From the NCBI GenBank assembly GCA_002633005.1, contig NMRA01000998.1, forward strand, positions 1 to 64,000: DNA of 64,000 bases. Reading direction: 5' to 3'. The stretch is from Phoronis australis. Its lineage: Eukaryota; Animalia; Phoronida. Below, one piece after another: positions 61,401 through 64,000 of the stretch. The notes under the pieces were generated by a model that worked only from the letters and a program-made list of their open reading frames with translations, had not been told where the DNA came from and ran no database searches. The translations under genes were made by a program, and so were the position numbers. The stretch's first letter is position 1. Every line of letters begins with the position of its first letter.

Positions 61401-64000
61401 TTATGACTAAAATCAACAGCTTCAGAATTGATGGTCTGACTGTGACATCTCTGCAGGTGAAGGATTAAATTATTTACAGATGTCAGGAGCATTTTTTGAA
61501 GATGTTGTTTGGCACATTTTAACCTGCCATTTATTTTATGTTTTGTATTTATTAGCAGTTTTGCATTTACATTGTTTAGAATTCTAACATTTTAAATTTC
61601 CGTCTAAAGTTGAATTTTATGTTCTGTTTAACCTAGTGAATGGTTATTCGTAATTATGTTTTGTTATTTTAATGTCATGTTACAGTTGACATCCATGTTT
61701 GCAGGTTACCTGATATATTTACTCAATTCCGTCAAGCAGTGGACGGACGGTGTCGTATTAGGCCTCTTGTAGACATGCCACCACGATTGAAACCTCCGCC
61801 TGAAGGTGTTCAGTTTGTCAGTATCCCCAGTATTGAGTCATTCAACATGCAAGGTAGGGTGTTGGTTGGTTCCTTGAAAAAATGTTCTGACAAAAATTAA
61901 TTTGCCCGCATTATGTATAAACACTATTTATCATGTAACAGTTATGAACTTTATCCCAAACCCCCAAGGTCAGAAGCAGCTTAATTCTTGACTGTAGATA
62001 TGCTGTGTTAATCTGGCTGTCATAAATCTACTGGATACAGTCATGCCTTTGCAGCAGTCAGTTGCTCTGAACAGTAGTTCATAGGGCTAATTGTGGACTA
62101 GTTCGATTGGACACCCTTGTTTGAAAATCATTGATAATATTGTAAATAACCTATTCATAAGAGGTTTACAACTACTGCCGTTGATGTAGACTAATATGTC
62201 ACAGTGACTTGTTGTATGCTGCGTTTCTTGTCATTTAATTATATTAAGAATTTCTTTCCATTTTTTAAATTTTGTCAGTGTGCCTAACATGCAAGCCAAC
62301 ACCTCAAACTTGCTGTTTTGTTACATTGGAACATTGAGGTGAGGAAGAATATATCAGAAGACGAAAAAGAATGTCAGAAGCCTGTAGTATCATGTAGTGT
62401 TTTTAAACTGATGTGAAGTTTTTGAAAGAATTGCATATGCTAAGCGTATGTAAAATGTTATGTCTGTATCTAAAATTGTGTGTCCTTATCGACAAGTGTG
62501 TACAATTAGCCAAACATTTACAAAACACTAGAATTTCACTCAACAAAATTATTGTATATATAATTATTGTATATATAATTATTGTATATATAATTATTGT
62601 ATATATAATTATTGTATATATAATTCCTGAAAGCAGAAATTACATAGAATTAAATTGTTGACTTCATACCAATCTTCCAGTAACAAGCTCTTTTGTTCAT
62701 ATGTTTTAGTAAAATTAAGCAAAAAAGCAAGGTAGGCCTACATTCATAGCAAAACAACCGGATCAATTACATGACCAAATTTTATATGATAGAACTGTTC
62801 AACATGAAATCTCAAAAACTTTGTTACAGTTTTTTAGAGTATTTCATTCATTTCATGCAACTTTATATTTTTTTCGCACAATCATATGTCCTGTTTTGTA
62901 TAGTTCCTCGTGCAAAAGTGTAGCATTTCAAATACAATTCCTAAAAGTTGTTTTAGAGAACAGTGCATTAACCATAATATCTCCAAGTTGCATGTGAATC
63001 TGGAGAGCCACTTTTGAGATACGATGTTCCAAAGTTGGCCAAAATTGAATAATTTTCTAGGGACCTACATAACACTAAATATTTTAGTATTGTTTTAGAT
63101 TGTCTTTACTTTCCATGCCCTTCAATTAACCTTTGACCCTAGGTATGTTTCAATTAACCTTTGACCCTAGGTATGTTTCAATTAACCTTTGACCCTAGGT
63201 ATGTTTCAATTAACCTTTGACCCTAGGTATGTTTCAATTAACCTTTGACCCTAGGTATGTTGAGCTGAAGATGAAGTTCATGCTGTGTCAAGTTTTATTT
63301 AATTTCTATAATGTTAACACCTTGCATTTGCTAGACTGTCCTACTGATGCAAGAACCTCATTCCCATATGCTGGTGGTCAGACGTCGGCTCTGGAAAGAG
63401 TGAAGACATACTTTTGGGATACAAACTGTGTAGCTTCCTACAAATTTACCAGAAACAAGCTCGCTGGTGCAAATTTTTCAACTAAATTTTCACCCTGGTA
63501 AGTAAATTAAATGTAATCTGTGTGATGGGAATGCAGATCTGTGATTTCTTATTAATCAATAAAAAATCTTTAGACTCATGTACTTATGTTACATAATGTA
63601 AGTTCATGATAGACTGTCGTTAATTGTATAAAATCCCCAAAATCGATTACATTTATTTCTGATTGCAATGGGTACAATTTTATTGGCAGTTGTTTGATTT
63701 TCAAGCACAGTTTCATTGTCTAAATTTGAAAAGCATTTTTGTCTGTGACAATCTGGAATTATCCATTTTGTTTATTTCATTGAAAATGTTGAAATTGTGA
63801 TGTCAATTATCACTTAATGTTAATTAAATACACACAGGTTAGCCATGGGATGTATTTCACCTAGACAGATTTACTGGGAGCTGAAGCGATATGAGCAGAG
63901 TGTCACTGCTAATGACTCCACCTACTGGGTTATCTTTGAACTAATGTGGAGGGACTACTTCAAGTTTGTTGGGGTGAAATATGGAAGCAAACTGTTCTAT
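58456..64000 (+). CDS. cry-dash: Cryptochrome DASH (photolyase/cryptochrome family), 5' part; continues beyond the window
   Basis: Exons 58456 (or 58480)-58536 (ICLLRNDLRYLDNQ), 59354-59526 (VLPLYCFDPRHY...FPKTG..RLKFLLESLKDL), 59941-60040 (GKPEEVI), 61222-61334 (FWGSTLYHKQDLPF), 61705-61853 (LPDIFTQFR), 63335-63497 (YFW...TRN...STKFSPW), 63838-64000 (LAMGCISPR...ANDSTYWVIFELMWRDYF). All phases are consistent and the motifs are DASH-type. Confidence 0.95.
60564..60631 (+). ncRNA. Candidate intronic box C/D snoRNA
   Basis: C box ATGATGA (60570-60576), D box CTGA (60621-60624) and terminal stem ttgg/ccaa, in the sense strand of cry-DASH intron 3. No guide target was established. Confidence 0.3.
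62547..62626. repeat. 15-bp tandem repeat, about 5 copies
   Basis: Unit aattattgtatatat. Confidence 0.93.
63121..63260. repeat. 28-bp tandem repeat, 5 copies
   Basis: Unit ttcaattaacctttgaccctaggtatgt. Confidence 0.95.

Overview
This is an intron-rich, AT-rich animal genomic window, most likely a heterozygous marine invertebrate draft assembly with two N-gaps; the species cannot be named from sequence alone. By hand-splicing at GT-AG sites I could build four protein-coding genes. (1) CMSS1/Cms1 on the minus strand: 7 coding exons, 14867-24468, about 263 aa. (2) FARSB, the cytoplasmic Phe-tRNA synthetase beta subunit, head-to-head with CMSS1 on the plus strand: 16 coding exons, 26562-54466, about 590 aa. 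(3) An intronless 916-aa gene with two ankyrin-repeat blocks, nested antisense in FARSB intron 14 (49085-51835). (4) The 5' part of cryptochrome-DASH (58456 to the window end). FARSB exons 5-6 occur twice either side of an N-gap, most likely as two uncollapsed haplotypes, one of which carries a mobile-element insertion. The rest is MITEs, foldback elements, a tRNA-derived SINE and many intronic minisatellites. The best leads are the nested ankyrin gene, a minisatellite made of copies of the FARSB exon-2 splice donor, a phase-consistent spliced 51-aa sORF between FARSB and cry-DASH, a pre-miRNA-like hairpin at 10.9 kb, a ~1-kb foldback in FARSB intron 13, and regulatory motifs (ATF4-type CAREs in FARSB intron 1, D-boxes at cry-DASH). 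I found no protein-coding gene I could support in the first 14 kb. All homology calls are from recall, not database searches.
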